Origin: a virus
Taxonomy: Duplodnaviria; Heunggongvirae; Uroviricota; Caudoviricetes
Virus record (IMG/VR): IMGVR_UViG_3300047667_001391
Direction: 5' to 3' (one strand)
Length of the DNA: 64,000 nt
Position 1 is the stretch's first letter, and each line of letters starts with the position of its first letter. Below are positions 19,129 to 27,879 of this stretch, one piece after another. Both the position numbers and the translations under genes were made by a program. The notes beneath the pieces are model-generated. The model did no database searches, was not told the origin of the DNA, and saw only the letters and a list, made by a program, of their open reading frames with translations.

Positions 19129-21011
19129 TTAAATTTAATTTCGTAGAATGGCATAATTTTCTGGCAACCGGAAGTGAGCCAGTTAGAATGGAACTAAACG
19201 AAGAACACTCAACAATAATTAGAGGTGGTAATGGCGCAGGTAAGACTACTATCGTAGATGCCCTAAATTATGGGTGTTTCGGTAAGGTATTACGTGACGT
19301 TACGTTAAGCCAACTAATTAACACAGTTAATAAGAAAAACATGGTGGTTAAGGTAAATTTCACGGTTAGTGGCATTAACTACGAAGTTCATCGTGGCCAG
19401 AAGCCTACAATTTTTAAGGTATTTAAGGACGGTGACTTATTAGACCAAAATGCGGCATCAAAAGATTTACAGGCTAAATTGGAATCTGAAATATTAAAGA
19501 CTAATATCAAGACATTTAATCAGGTCGTGGTTATTGCATCAACCGGATATGTTCCTTTTATGGAATTAGATAAAGCTTCTCGTAGAACTGTAGTTGAGCA
19601 AATGTTAGACATCGAAGTCATCGGCCAAATGTCGTCTGTATTAAAGGATAGAGTGAAGGAAGTTAAGATCAATGGGTCAAAATTAGAAAATGACTACAAT
19701 GATACTGAGCGTTCTATTCAGGAAATTAGGAACCTAATTTCACAGGCAGAACAGATGGGTGACAAGCAAGTCGAGCAACTGGACTTACGTATTGATAATA
19801 TTGATAAAACACTATTAGGACTAGAAAATGATTTATCGGCGGTAAGGAATGACCACGAAATAAAATCAGGCGACAAGCCACAGGTCGACAAGGAAGTTCA
19901 GACAGAAAGATTTAAGGATGCTAAAGCAGAGCTAACTAACTTAGAAAATTTGATTAGCTCTGCTCGTGGAGAAATCCAATCCAGTAGAGATAAAATATCT
20001 ACAGTCACTGCAGATGTAAATAATCTAAATCGTGGTATTGCAGTGAATACTAAAACAAAATCATTCTATGTTGATAATGACAATTGTAATGTGTGTCAAC
20101 AAGTAATAGACCCTAATTTTAAAGCTAAGATAGTTAGTGCGTTAGATGCAGATATTAATATTTCAGTTGATGCGATAAGCAATAAGAAAAAACAATCGGT
20201 TTTAGATAATACCCTAGTCAACGAAAAACTTAATTATATAACATCAAATGAAGAATTAAAAAGACAACAAAATAAAGTTATTGATGATGTTAATTCTATG
20301 GTACAGCAGCTGAAAGATTGGAAAACTGCATGCGAAAATATAATTACCAAGGCTCGGGGAATCCAAACTAGAATAAAAGACCAAGTTTCTGTCAAAAATG
20401 GATTGGTTAATGATAAGCAAGATGTACTTTCACGGGGTAATACTGACACTAAAGAGTTTTTTAATCGAATTGATGTCTTTAATGGCACAATACAAAAATT
20501 AGTTAGTGCTCGGGCAGAAATAGCTGAAGAACATGAGCTATGTAAGCTAGCAGAAATGATGCTAAAGGATAATGGCTTAAAGGCTAAAATTATTAAGCAA
20601 TTTCTTCCTTTGATCAACAAGACAGTCAACCACAACCTAGAAATAATGAATGCGAATTACTCGTTTGTATTAGACGAAGAATTTAACGAAACCATTAAAT
20701 CTAGATATCGTGACAATTTCAGTTACGGTAGCTTTAGTAACGGGCAGCGCATGAGAATAAACCTTTCATTGCTACTGACATGGCGTAAGCTAGCCGAATC
20801 AAAAAATACTATATCCAGTAATTTATTGATTCTTGATGAGGTGTTGGATGGTAGCTTGGACAAAGAGGGTATCGATTCTCTATTTAATATATTCCATGAC
20901 ATGAGCAAATCTAATTTGTTTGTAATTAGCCATAGACCAGAAATTGTGGACCGTTTCGATAAAGTCATTAATGTATCATTAAAAGGAAACTTCAGTAGCT
21001 ACGATATGTAA
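19125..21011 (+). CDS. Rad50/SbcC-family recombination ATPase (T4 gp46-like)
   Basis: Walker A GGNGAGKTT, a long coiled-coil middle with a CxxC zinc hook (CNVCQ), a signature FSNGQ and a Walker B LLILDE. Confidence 0.85.
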   Translation: MIKFNFVEWHNFLATGSEPVRMELNEEHSTIIRGGNGAGKTTIVDALNYGCFGKVLRDVTLSQLINTVNKKNMVVKVNFTVSGINYEVHRGQKPTIFKVFKDGDLLDQNAASKDLQAKLESEILKTNIKTFNQVVVIASTGYVPFMELDKASRRTVVEQMLDIEVIGQMSSVLKDRVKEVKINGSKLENDYNDTERSIQEIRNLISQAEQMGDKQVEQLDLRIDNIDKTLLGLENDLSAVRNDHEIKSGDKPQVDKEVQTERFKDAKAELTNLENLISSARGEIQSSRDKISTVTADVNNLNRGIAVNTKTKSFYVDNDNCNVCQQVIDPNFKAKIVSALDADINISVDAISNKKKQSVLDNTLVNEKLNYITSNEELKRQQNKVIDDVNSMVQQLKDWKTACENIITKARGIQTRIKDQVSVKNGLVNDKQDVLSRGNTDTKEFFNRIDVFNGTIQKLVSARAEIAEEHELCKLAEMMLKDNGLKAKIIKQFLPLINKTVNHNLEIMNANYSFVLDEEFNETIKSRYRDNFSYGSFSNGQRMRINLSLLLTWRKLAESKNTISSNLLILDEVLDGSLDKEGIDSLFNIFHDMSKSNLFVISHRPEIVDRFDKVINVSLKGNFSSYDM

Positions 21012-21020
21012 TAAATACAC

Positions 21021-21048
21021 TTTACTTTTCAAATAACGTATGTATAAT
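21021..21048 (+). promoter_or_regulatory. sigma70-like promoter TTTACT-16-TATAAT
   Basis: Consensus boxes read from the sequence. A leader hairpin (21056-21083) follows. Confidence 0.55.
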
Positions 21049-21101
21049 ATTTGTTGTTGAGTTAGAAATAAATCTTACTCAACTAACAGAAGGAAAGTAA
21101 A

Positions 21102-21581
21102 GTGATTTCATTTAAAGAAGAGCGATTAACCCCCACTGTCATACGCAGAAGAGTTGCTACAGTCAAAAAGGCAATTACCAAAAATAAAGAAGCCACTGAA
21201 TTATTACAATTAAAGTACAGAAAAGATTTAGATTTATCTGATTTATCTGGCTTAAATTTAGCAACATCTGAAAGAATAGATACATCACTAGAAAACCAAT
21301 TAGTTCAATTATCTGATACAGAAAGGCTCATTAAGCGTAAACAAAACCAAGAAATAATTAGTGACCATGCAGTACTTAGGTATATTGAGCGGGTTTTAAA
21401 AATCAGCACATCACAAATCCGTGACCGCCTTAAGGGTAAAGATACCAACAGAATTAAAGAAATGGAATCTGGTTCAATTGACCGTGATGAATATTCCTTG
21501 GTCGTGGCCAATGGAATAGTGACTACGATATTAGGTGATGGTATGATTGATTTAAATCCAATGGAACAGGAAGTAGAATAA
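21102..21581 (+). CDS. hypothetical protein (GTG start)
   Basis: 159-aa ORF with an AGGAAAG SD. Confidence 0.5.
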   Translation: MISFKEERLTPTVIRRRVATVKKAITKNKEATELLQLKYRKDLDLSDLSGLNLATSERIDTSLENQLVQLSDTERLIKRKQNQEIISDHAVLRYIERVLKISTSQIRDRLKGKDTNRIKEMESGSIDRDEYSLVVANGIVTTILGDGMIDLNPMEQEVE

Positions 21582-22180
21582 TGTCAAATAATGAAGCAGT
21601 AAAGTGGGATGGTACCGGAACCCCAAAAAATGGTATGTTAATTAACCGCAGTTGGCGTGTCGCTGGTTGCGGAGTAAAAGTTAAAGAAGTTTCCTTTGTT
21701 GGTGTTGACATAAACACCGAAATGTGGGTAATTAAAAATAAAATGGGGGAGTTTATTGCATTACCGATGAATTACTTTTCTCGTATTAAATCGGCTGTTG
21801 AAATTAAAAACAATGAGTTTTTAATTCAGCTGGCCAACTTACTAGAAGAGCATAACATTTGCTTGGTTTCTAGAAAAGTTAGTGATTTATCAGAATATAC
21901 TAAAATAGTTTTTCAGAGCAAAGATGTTGATAATATGTTCCCTAATTTTGGACGCTGTCATGTATCCCCATATGACTTAAGGGGTTTATCTGGGATGAGT
22001 AGTGAAGAAGCCAATGAGTTATATCATAAATTTTCAGCTGAAAATAAGATTAGTGTCGTTGCGCATCAAGAAAATACTCTTGCTACACCTAACCTTCCGG
22101 TTAATACTTGCGTTGAATTAAATAGACAAAATTCGATGACAGCGTTCAATAACTTGACCAGATATGGAGATAATATATGA
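21581..22180 (+). CDS. hypothetical protein
   Basis: 199-aa ORF joined by an ATGA-type overlap. Confidence 0.5.
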   Translation: MSNNEAVKWDGTGTPKNGMLINRSWRVAGCGVKVKEVSFVGVDINTEMWVIKNKMGEFIALPMNYFSRIKSAVEIKNNEFLIQLANLLEEHNICLVSRKVSDLSEYTKIVFQSKDVDNMFPNFGRCHVSPYDLRGLSGMSSEEANELYHKFSAENKISVVAHQENTLATPNLPVNTCVELNRQNSMTAFNNLTRYGDNI

Positions 22181-22428
22181 TTATTGCATTCTGTATATTA
22201 TCCGCATTTACTGCAATTTTATCTTTTATATTATCTTTTGTTTTTTATGGAATTGCTCACTTAAAAGGTCAACGTGACGAGCTTATTAGGCAGTCTAGAA
22301 TTGACCACGAAAACCGCGAGCTAAGTGTAAGATTGGTTTTAGAAAAGTTTGAGTATCATCTACCGCTTACCGAAAGGGCATTAATCGAAGAAATATTTAG
22401 TAACCGTGAGTTATCGAGTAAGTTATGA
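22177..22428 (+). CDS. hypothetical membrane protein
   Basis: 83 aa with an N-terminal TM segment. Confidence 0.45.
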   Translation: MIIAFCILSAFTAILSFILSFVFYGIAHLKGQRDELIRQSRIDHENRELSVRLVLEKFEYHLPLTERALIEEIFSNRELSSKL

Positions 22429-22679
22429 GTATATTATTAACGTCAAAGCAGCGAAATAAAATTAATCGTGCCATAAAAGCTTTAAACGATGTCAGGCGAG
22501 AACTAGACAACGAGAATGGCGATTGTGATATGCAATGGTATCTCGAAGACTGTGGCAATTTAAATTTAATGACAGGCGATTCCCATGATGACACGGGGCA
22601 TGGCACTGGATATGGGCGAAGACAAGACTTGGTAATAGCTATGTTTGATTTAGAATATTCTAGCGGTGGGGGATGGTAA
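22425..22679 (+). CDS. hypothetical protein, paralog A of a duplicated small acidic family
   Basis: 84 aa, ~65% identical to the ORF at 22928..23188 (KQR.KI.RAIKALNDVRREL ... CD.QWYLED.GNLNLM.GDSHD ... GGGW). Confidence 0.55.
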   Translation: MSILLTSKQRNKINRAIKALNDVRRELDNENGDCDMQWYLEDCGNLNLMTGDSHDDTGHGTGYGRRQDLVIAMFDLEYSSGGGW

Positions 22680-22709
22680 TTATGAACAACATAATAGGAG
22701 AATAAAATT

Positions 22710-22910
22710 ATGGCTTTAAGTGATTTAAGGAAACAGGCTCGACTAAATGCAATATTGACTGCTGCTGAAAATGCACGGTCATATGGCGAAGAAGGCTCAG
22801 TGGCAGAAGACCATCAAATGACCGAAGAAGAATTTGATTTGTTTCTTGATGAATGTAAAAAGCTTTCTATTTTTCTTGAAAATAAAGCTAAAAAATTACA
22901 ATTTAGATAA
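22710..22910 (+). CDS. hypothetical protein
   Basis: 66-aa ORF between the two paralogs. Confidence 0.45.
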   Translation: MALSDLRKQARLNAILTAAENARSYGEEGSVAEDHQMTEEEFDLFLDECKKLSIFLENKAKKLQFR

Positions 22911-22927
22911 CATAGGAAAATAAGATA

Positions 22928-23188
22928 ATGTCAGTTATAACTCTAACAACCAAACAAAGAAGTAAGATAAAAAGAGCTATAAAAGCACTTAATGATGTTA
23001 GACGAGAATTACAGAATGATAATAATGACTGTGATGTTCAATGGTATCTTGAAGACTCCGGAAACTTAAATTTAATGTCGGGCGACTCGCATGATGAAAC
23101 TAGTGGAAGTGGATACGGAGATACATCGAGGCAGGATAGAGTTATAGCTATATTCGATTTAGATAATGCTGGCGGGGGTGCGTGGTAA
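22928..23188 (+). CDS. hypothetical protein, paralog B of the duplicated small acidic family
   Basis: 86 aa. See paralog A. Confidence 0.55.
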   Translation: MSVITLTTKQRSKIKRAIKALNDVRRELQNDNNDCDVQWYLEDSGNLNLMSGDSHDETSGSGYGDTSRQDRVIAIFDLDNAGGGAW

Positions 23189-23670
23189 TGAATATTGGTT
23201 CTGGTTCTGGTTACCCAGAGAGTGCGTTATCTAATTTTGCTCCACATGCATTTGTGTTTGATGGTGTTGATTGCGCTAGCATGGAAGGTCTATTGCAGTC
23301 ATTTAAATTTAAAAATGAAATGATGCAGGCACACGTTTGTACCTTGGTGGGAAAGAAAGCTAAGTTTAAAGGTAAACCAAAAAAATGGTATAAGACGCAA
23401 ACTCTCTGGTGGAAAGGTTTGGAACTAAAAAGAAACAGTCAGGAATATCAGGGCTTATTAGATGCCGCATTTACTGCCTTGGCCACCAACACTAAATTTA
23501 TTAAGGCATTGACGGCTACAAATAATGCAGTACTAAAACATTCTATTGGTAAATCTGATATTAGTCGTACAATATTAACCACCTCAGAATTTTGTAGCCG
23601 ACTTACTAAAATTAGAGATGGAATAGAAATAAAACAAAATGAAGATTTTTGGTCGTTGTTTAATACTTAG
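23188..23670 (+). CDS. NADAR (YbiA-like) domain protein; candidate ADP-ribosyl / N-glycoside hydrolase
   Basis: SALSNFAPHAFVFDGVDCASMEGLLQSFKF matches the YbiA/NADAR core (SNF..W.I.VDG..W.TSEHYFQAQKF). The ATG at 23188 overlaps the upstream stop (TAATG). Confidence 0.65.
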   Translation: MNIGSGSGYPESALSNFAPHAFVFDGVDCASMEGLLQSFKFKNEMMQAHVCTLVGKKAKFKGKPKKWYKTQTLWWKGLELKRNSQEYQGLLDAAFTALATNTKFIKALTATNNAVLKHSIGKSDISRTILTTSEFCSRLTKIRDGIEIKQNEDFWSLFNT

Positions 23671-23672
23671 TG

Positions 23673-23714
23673 TTGACACCATGATTTAGATTTAGTAAGA
23701 TATCGGTACTGAAG
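23673..23714 (+). promoter_or_regulatory. sigma70-like promoter TTGACA-17-TAAGAT plus the conserved leader start ACTGAAG
   Basis: Near-identical to the promoter at 24204 (gttgacRccatgatttagatttagtaagatatcSgtactgaag). Confidence 0.65.
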
Positions 23715-23732
23715 TAAACAACCGAGAATATT

Positions 23733-24155
23733 ATGACTAAAGTATTTGAAAATCAAGTCTGCGGTAGATGTGGTGGTACTGGACATTATTCTTATAATCA
23801 GGTTGACGGATCAACATGTTTTAAATGTCGCGGCTCTAAGACAAGGTTGACGCCTCGTGGCCTTGCTTCTCAAAATTATTATAACGACCTTATAACCATT
23901 CCAATTGGCGATGTCAAAATTGGCGATAAAATTATACCTATGACATTTGAAAGGGCGGGTGTAGTTACTGAAGTATCTGTTGATTCAAGTGGAGTGTTAT
24001 TTATAACAGTCAATAATTGTTCTTATGGGATGTCTAACACCTCAACAGTTAAAGTCGTTGTCGTGGGAGATGAAAGGCAGAAAAATATCGATTTGGCTTT
24101 ACTCTTTCAATCCAAACTTACCAAAGCGGGTAAATTAATGAAAAAACACCAATAA
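23733..24155 (+). CDS. hypothetical protein with an N-terminal zinc ribbon (CGRCGG ... CFKCRGS)
   Basis: 140-aa ORF downstream of promoter 23673. Confidence 0.5.
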   Translation: MTKVFENQVCGRCGGTGHYSYNQVDGSTCFKCRGSKTRLTPRGLASQNYYNDLITIPIGDVKIGDKIIPMTFERAGVVTEVSVDSSGVLFITVNNCSYGMSNTSTVKVVVVGDERQKNIDLALLFQSKLTKAGKLMKKHQ

Positions 24156-24203
24156 ATTAACTGGGGTTTTTTTTGGGCGGGGGTCATTGTTTGATAATTA
24201 GCG

Positions 24204-24245
24204 TTGACGCCATGATTTAGATTTAGTAAGATATCCGTACTGAAG
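24204..24245 (+). promoter_or_regulatory. sigma70-like promoter TTGACG-17-TAAGAT plus the ACTGAAG leader
   Basis: A duplicate of the 23673 promoter. Confidence 0.65.
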
Positions 24246-24265
24246 CAGACAACAGAGACAAAATA

Positions 24266-24445
24266 ATGAAAATATTAAATAAAAACATCGCTGGAATAGA
24301 ATGTATCTTAACGTGCTCAAAAACAGCAACTAAGTTAATTTCAAAAAAACACATCACAACACGTTGGAATATAAAAGAAGTTGGTGACAGTGTCGGTATT
24401 TCATTGCTTGGTGCGGAAGCAGTTCGAAGATACATATCTGCTTAA
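24266..24445 (+). CDS. small hypothetical protein (59 aa)
   Basis: ORF just below the track cut-off. Its ATG sits exactly where the conserved leader predicts (..aaaataATG), downstream of promoter 24204. Confidence 0.4.
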   Translation: MKILNKNIAGIECILTCSKTATKLISKKHITTRWNIKEVGDSVGISLLGAEAVRRYISA

Positions 24446-24455
24446 TAATTTAACC

Positions 24456-24469
24456 AGCCCTTCGGGGCT
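24456..24469 (+). other. 5-bp GC stem with a UUCG tetraloop (agccc ttcg gggct)
   Basis: Read from the sequence. It sits directly after the small ORF stop, with no T-run, so it may be an RNA stability or processing element. Confidence 0.35.
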
Positions 24470-24702
24470 ATAGGGGTTAGCATGACAACAATAACAGATA
24501 ATTTAATTAAGAGTTGCAGAGTATGAAATATTTTATTCACGACCGTCATGTAACTCTGTATTGGCGGTACCTTATTGCATATAAATTATATATAAGCGCA
24601 GAGAAAATATATAACGATGATTTATGGCAAGCTTAAACAAGCAGTTATTTAGCAGGGGTTTTAGGAAATAGTAATTAATTAAGATATAGTTGCGAATAAG
24701 TG

Positions 24703-24744
24703 TTTACATACGAATTTAGATGTACTATTATATCGCCACTGAAG
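24703..24744 (+). promoter_or_regulatory. sigma70-like promoter TTTACA-17-TATTAT plus the ACTGAAG leader
   Basis: Consensus boxes. The ORF start is therefore moved to the ATG at 24766. Confidence 0.6.
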
Positions 24745-24765
24745 CAAAACAAACGAGTAAATAAA

Positions 24766-25005
24766 ATGTCATCATGTAAAGACCTTCTAAGAATCCAAAT
24801 CGAAGATTTCAACTCAGACACTAGTGATACTTGGAGTCCATGTAAGCCTACACTAGCTGAAGAGATGAGTCAGTTGAAGTACAACGCATGTCATTATGCT
24901 TATGCGGATGAGTCTATAACTAAAGCTGAAGCCATATCAGCATTTGGCCAAGACATATATGACGAAGTAGCAACCGCTGCGTATGAGTATGAGATGGACA
25001 TATAA
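24766..25005 (+). CDS. hypothetical protein
   Basis: In-frame ATG (MSSCKDL...) downstream of the conserved leader. The track's start at 24700 lies inside the promoter. Confidence 0.5.
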   Translation: MSSCKDLLRIQIEDFNSDTSDTWSPCKPTLAEEMSQLKYNACHYAYADESITKAEAISAFGQDIYDEVATAAYEYEMDI

Positions 25006-25006
25006 A

Positions 25007-25207
25007 ATGAATGTATCTTGGAAGAGAATGAGTGACAGTGGACATTTATCTACACCTAGCAAAACCCACCTTATCTCTAGGGTTAACACTACAGCCTGTG
25101 GTAAGCCCATACCAAGGTACGGTGCTGATGTGGATTACGAAGATTCTTGTTATACAGACTGTAAGGTGTGTTCTAATGCCTATGAAAAAAATAGACACGC
25201 ATACTAA
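25007..25207 (+). CDS. hypothetical Cys-rich protein
   Basis: MNVSWKRM... with a CYTDCKVCSNAY cluster. Confidence 0.4.
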   Translation: MNVSWKRMSDSGHLSTPSKTHLISRVNTTACGKPIPRYGADVDYEDSCYTDCKVCSNAYEKNRHAY

Positions 25208-25357
25208 AATACACCGCCCCTTAACTGGGGATTTCTAGTGCAAGTAATATTATTTTTTTATTAATGTAACCACAGGGAATAAAGTAATGAATAAATAAAA
25301 ATTGATGTTGGTGGAGAGAGATAGAGAGACTGTAATAACTAAGCGAGACTAAAAAAA

Positions 25358-25678
25358 ATGATTTATCAATATATTTGGTTAGTAATTATATGGGCATTGT
25401 CGATATATTTATATAGAGTATATGCCAAAAAACTACCAAAAATTATTAAAAAGCACATCTATTTATTGCAGGTTGTAATGTTACTATCTGTAATAAGTTT
25501 TATGGGCTTACCTGTTAAATTTGAGAGTACTACTTTTAGCGGTAAACGCTCATTTCAAACAGAACATGTGATTGTGGACAAGGTTGATGCAGATGCCGAG
25601 CCAGATGCTGAAAATTTAGAAAAGCAATACGAAATTTTAAAACAAAACACTAAGGATATTCAAAATGAAATCGATTAA
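25358..25678 (+). CDS. hypothetical membrane protein (2 TM)
   Basis: Hydrophobic N-terminal half. It overlaps the downstream lipoprotein gene. Confidence 0.5.
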   Translation: MIYQYIWLVIIWALSIYLYRVYAKKLPKIIKKHIYLLQVVMLLSVISFMGLPVKFESTTFSGKRSFQTEHVIVDKVDADAEPDAENLEKQYEILKQNTKDIQNEID

Positions 25679-26522
25679 ATTTTTAATTATATCAGCATTA
25701 ATACTAACATTGACGGGGTGTGGTTTTTATACGGTACCACCAGCATCCAAAGGAAAAATATTAACCACTTCGGGATATTTACCAGAAGTACTTGAGTCCG
25801 GTAAATACACTCTTTGGGGTCGCGATAGCCTAATTACATTAGACACATCAACTAAAGTTTATAATGAAAGTGTTGATGTAATTTTATCAGACAAACTAAC
25901 ACTCAAAGTTGACGTCAGATTTGCTGGACGTATCGCGGGGTCTCCGGCAGTAATAAATACTATGTTTAATGATATTGTTGCGGGACCAGACGAAAAAATT
26001 AACTTCAATGAAGTGTATGCTGTTTATGGTCGTATGATTGTGCGTAATAAAACACGAGAAATTATTAGTGAGTATAACGTCGATGAAGTACATAAAAACT
26101 ACAAACGCATTAGTGCTCAAATCGCAGAAGTTATATCAAGTGCCTTTGTGACTACACCACTAGAAATATCTAATATAGCAATCGGTAACATTGAATACCC
26201 AACGGTAGTAACAGATGCAATACAGGCTAACGAAAAGCGTAGGCTAGCCATTGACAAAGAAAAGGCACAGGCAGCCATTGATATAGTTAAAAAGAAAAAC
26301 GAATTAGCTCTTGCTGACGCCAACTACGGTATTCAGATTAAGCTAGCTGAAGCTATACGTGATAAAAATAAAATTATAGGCCAAGGCATTACCCCCGCTC
26401 TATTGCAACTAAGAGCATTAGAAGTCCAAGAAAAAATGGCCGAAAATAAATCTGCGGTGTTTGTCCCATACGAAGCTATGGGTAGCGTAGGTGTACAAAA
26501 CCGAGTCTTTAGTAAAAATTAA
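25665..26522 (+). CDS. SPFH/band-7 domain lipoprotein
   Basis: Lipobox LTGC after a signal peptide. The C-terminal region (ANEKRRLAIDKEKAQAAI ... ALEVQEKMAE) is prohibitin/HflC-like. Confidence 0.6.
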   Translation: MKSIKFLIISALILTLTGCGFYTVPPASKGKILTTSGYLPEVLESGKYTLWGRDSLITLDTSTKVYNESVDVILSDKLTLKVDVRFAGRIAGSPAVINTMFNDIVAGPDEKINFNEVYAVYGRMIVRNKTREIISEYNVDEVHKNYKRISAQIAEVISSAFVTTPLEISNIAIGNIEYPTVVTDAIQANEKRRLAIDKEKAQAAIDIVKKKNELALADANYGIQIKLAEAIRDKNKIIGQGITPALLQLRALEVQEKMAENKSAVFVPYEAMGSVGVQNRVFSKN

Positions 26523-26550
26523 ATCGTAATTAAATCGTAAGTAGAATATA

Positions 26551-26577
26551 AAAACCCCACTAATGTGGGGTTTTTAT
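26551..26577 (+). terminator. rho-independent terminator (aaaaccccac taat gtggggtttt)
   Basis: GC stem plus T-run. Confidence 0.75.
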
Positions 26578-26609
26578 TGCACGTCATAAACTATTACTGA
26601 AAATAGGGG

Positions 26610-26650
26610 TTGACGCCATGCGTTAAATTTAGTAATATAACCCCACTGAA
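26610..26650 (+). promoter_or_regulatory. sigma70-like promoter TTGACG-17-TAATAT plus the ACTGAA leader
   Basis: Same architecture as the 23673 and 24204 promoters. Confidence 0.6.
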
Positions 26651-26674
26651 TAAATTTACCGAATCGAGAATATT

Positions 26675-26845
26675 ATGGCCAACCAGACACTAGACTTAGG
26701 CAACAATGAACAATTATCTAGCGGTGTGTTTCCTAACAGTGATGGTACTTTTACTGCATTAACCTTTACTAAAAGCAAAGATTTTAAAACTCAAGGTGGG
26801 GCGAACCGCTGGTACAGCAAAAACACCGGAGAGCAGGTCTTATGA
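26675..26845 (+). CDS. small hypothetical protein (56 aa)
   Basis: ATG at the conserved-leader position (..gagaatattATG). It overlaps the next gene's ATG (TATGA). Confidence 0.4.
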   Translation: MANQTLDLGNNEQLSSGVFPNSDGTFTALTFTKSKDFKTQGGANRWYSKNTGEQVL

Positions 26846-27165
26846 AGCTTATTATAGAAAGCGGTATATTCTGGCTGTCCGGTAGTCATAAACAAAAAGC
26901 AATGATAGACGAAATGAGGGTGCAATTAGAGCATAAGCTTGACGCTGTAGTTGCGGCTGATGAAAGTGATGATGATGAAATATGCTTAGTGTTCTGCTAT
27001 GACAAAGATGCTTACATAATAGATGATGTTAGGTGGCAATATAGAAAGATTAAGAAAGAACTTACGTTAATGAAAATGAACTCACTATATTATGTATATA
27101 AGAGGGAAGATGCACCAGAAGAGTTAATTACTCGACATCCTGTCGCCAAAGCCTATAATGGCTAA
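26842..27165 (+). CDS. hypothetical protein
   Basis: 107-aa ORF. Confidence 0.5.
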   Translation: MKLIIESGIFWLSGSHKQKAMIDEMRVQLEHKLDAVVAADESDDDEICLVFCYDKDAYIIDDVRWQYRKIKKELTLMKMNSLYYVYKREDAPEELITRHPVAKAYNG

Positions 27166-27190
27166 TTTAATAAACCCCAAGGATAATTAA

Positions 27191-27400
27191 ATGCTTCAAA
27201 TAATAGATGACGTCACCAACTCTCAAGGCATAACCACATTTGAATTTAGTGATGGTACTACTTTGAATGCTAGGCAGTTGCATCACATCTCAGGGGCACC
27301 ATTTGTGGCAATAGATAAGGTCACTGCACTGCAATGTAACTTAGTAATGGGTTGGAGCGGCTGCGCCATGCACCGTGATGCCGAACAGAGGAAATCCTAA
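27191..27400 (+). CDS. hypothetical protein
   Basis: 69-aa ORF. Confidence 0.45.
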   Translation: MLQIIDDVTNSQGITTFEFSDGTTLNARQLHHISGAPFVAIDKVTALQCNLVMGWSGCAMHRDAEQRKS

Positions 27401-27876
27401 TGAGTAAGAAGAAAATTAAGCCAAGGGTATTCATAATGAAAAATAAGCTAAGCCTTAAGCCAACTTTTATATCACAATTAACAGCATTGGCAACCACGAT
27501 GGACACTACAGTAGAATATGAATTTGATATGTATTCTTATTGCAAAACTGCATGTTGTATTTGTGGTCACCAAGTCAAAACAAATAAATTAGATTTATTT
27601 CCGCTGGCTAAAAGTTCTCGATGGCCTGAAACCAAGGCTAGGGTTCTATTAGATGACCTAAATTATGCATGTGAGCGACTGCTCGGTGAGTCATATCTAT
27701 CAATGTCAGTTCATTACTCAGGCTCAGTCAGTAGACGTAATAAAGCAAGACTTTCTAATCTACTTAATAATGAACAGCTTATGCACGAGCACCTGACAGG
27801 AGAATCAAGTCCCAAAATTTCTGCGGATTATATGAGAATGCTCATTGGTATTTTATCAAAAAATAAGTTGGGTTAA
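27400..27876 (+). CDS. hypothetical protein, tandem paralog 1 (C..CCICG..Q motif)
   Basis: ~45% identical to the following ORF: KPTFISQL..A.TMD, CCICG.Q, LDLFPLAKS, LNYACERL, SSPKI..DY.RM.IGI.SK. Confidence 0.55.
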   Translation: MSKKKIKPRVFIMKNKLSLKPTFISQLTALATTMDTTVEYEFDMYSYCKTACCICGHQVKTNKLDLFPLAKSSRWPETKARVLLDDLNYACERLLGESYLSMSVHYSGSVSRRNKARLSNLLNNEQLMHEHLTGESSPKISADYMRMLIGILSKNKLG

Positions 27877-27879
27877 CTA

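Noticed and set aside
24700-24765. Upstream start of the 101-aa track ORF
   Set aside because: The region contains the TTTACA-17-TATTAT promoter and the conserved leader. The ATG at 24766 sits at the canonical leader position.
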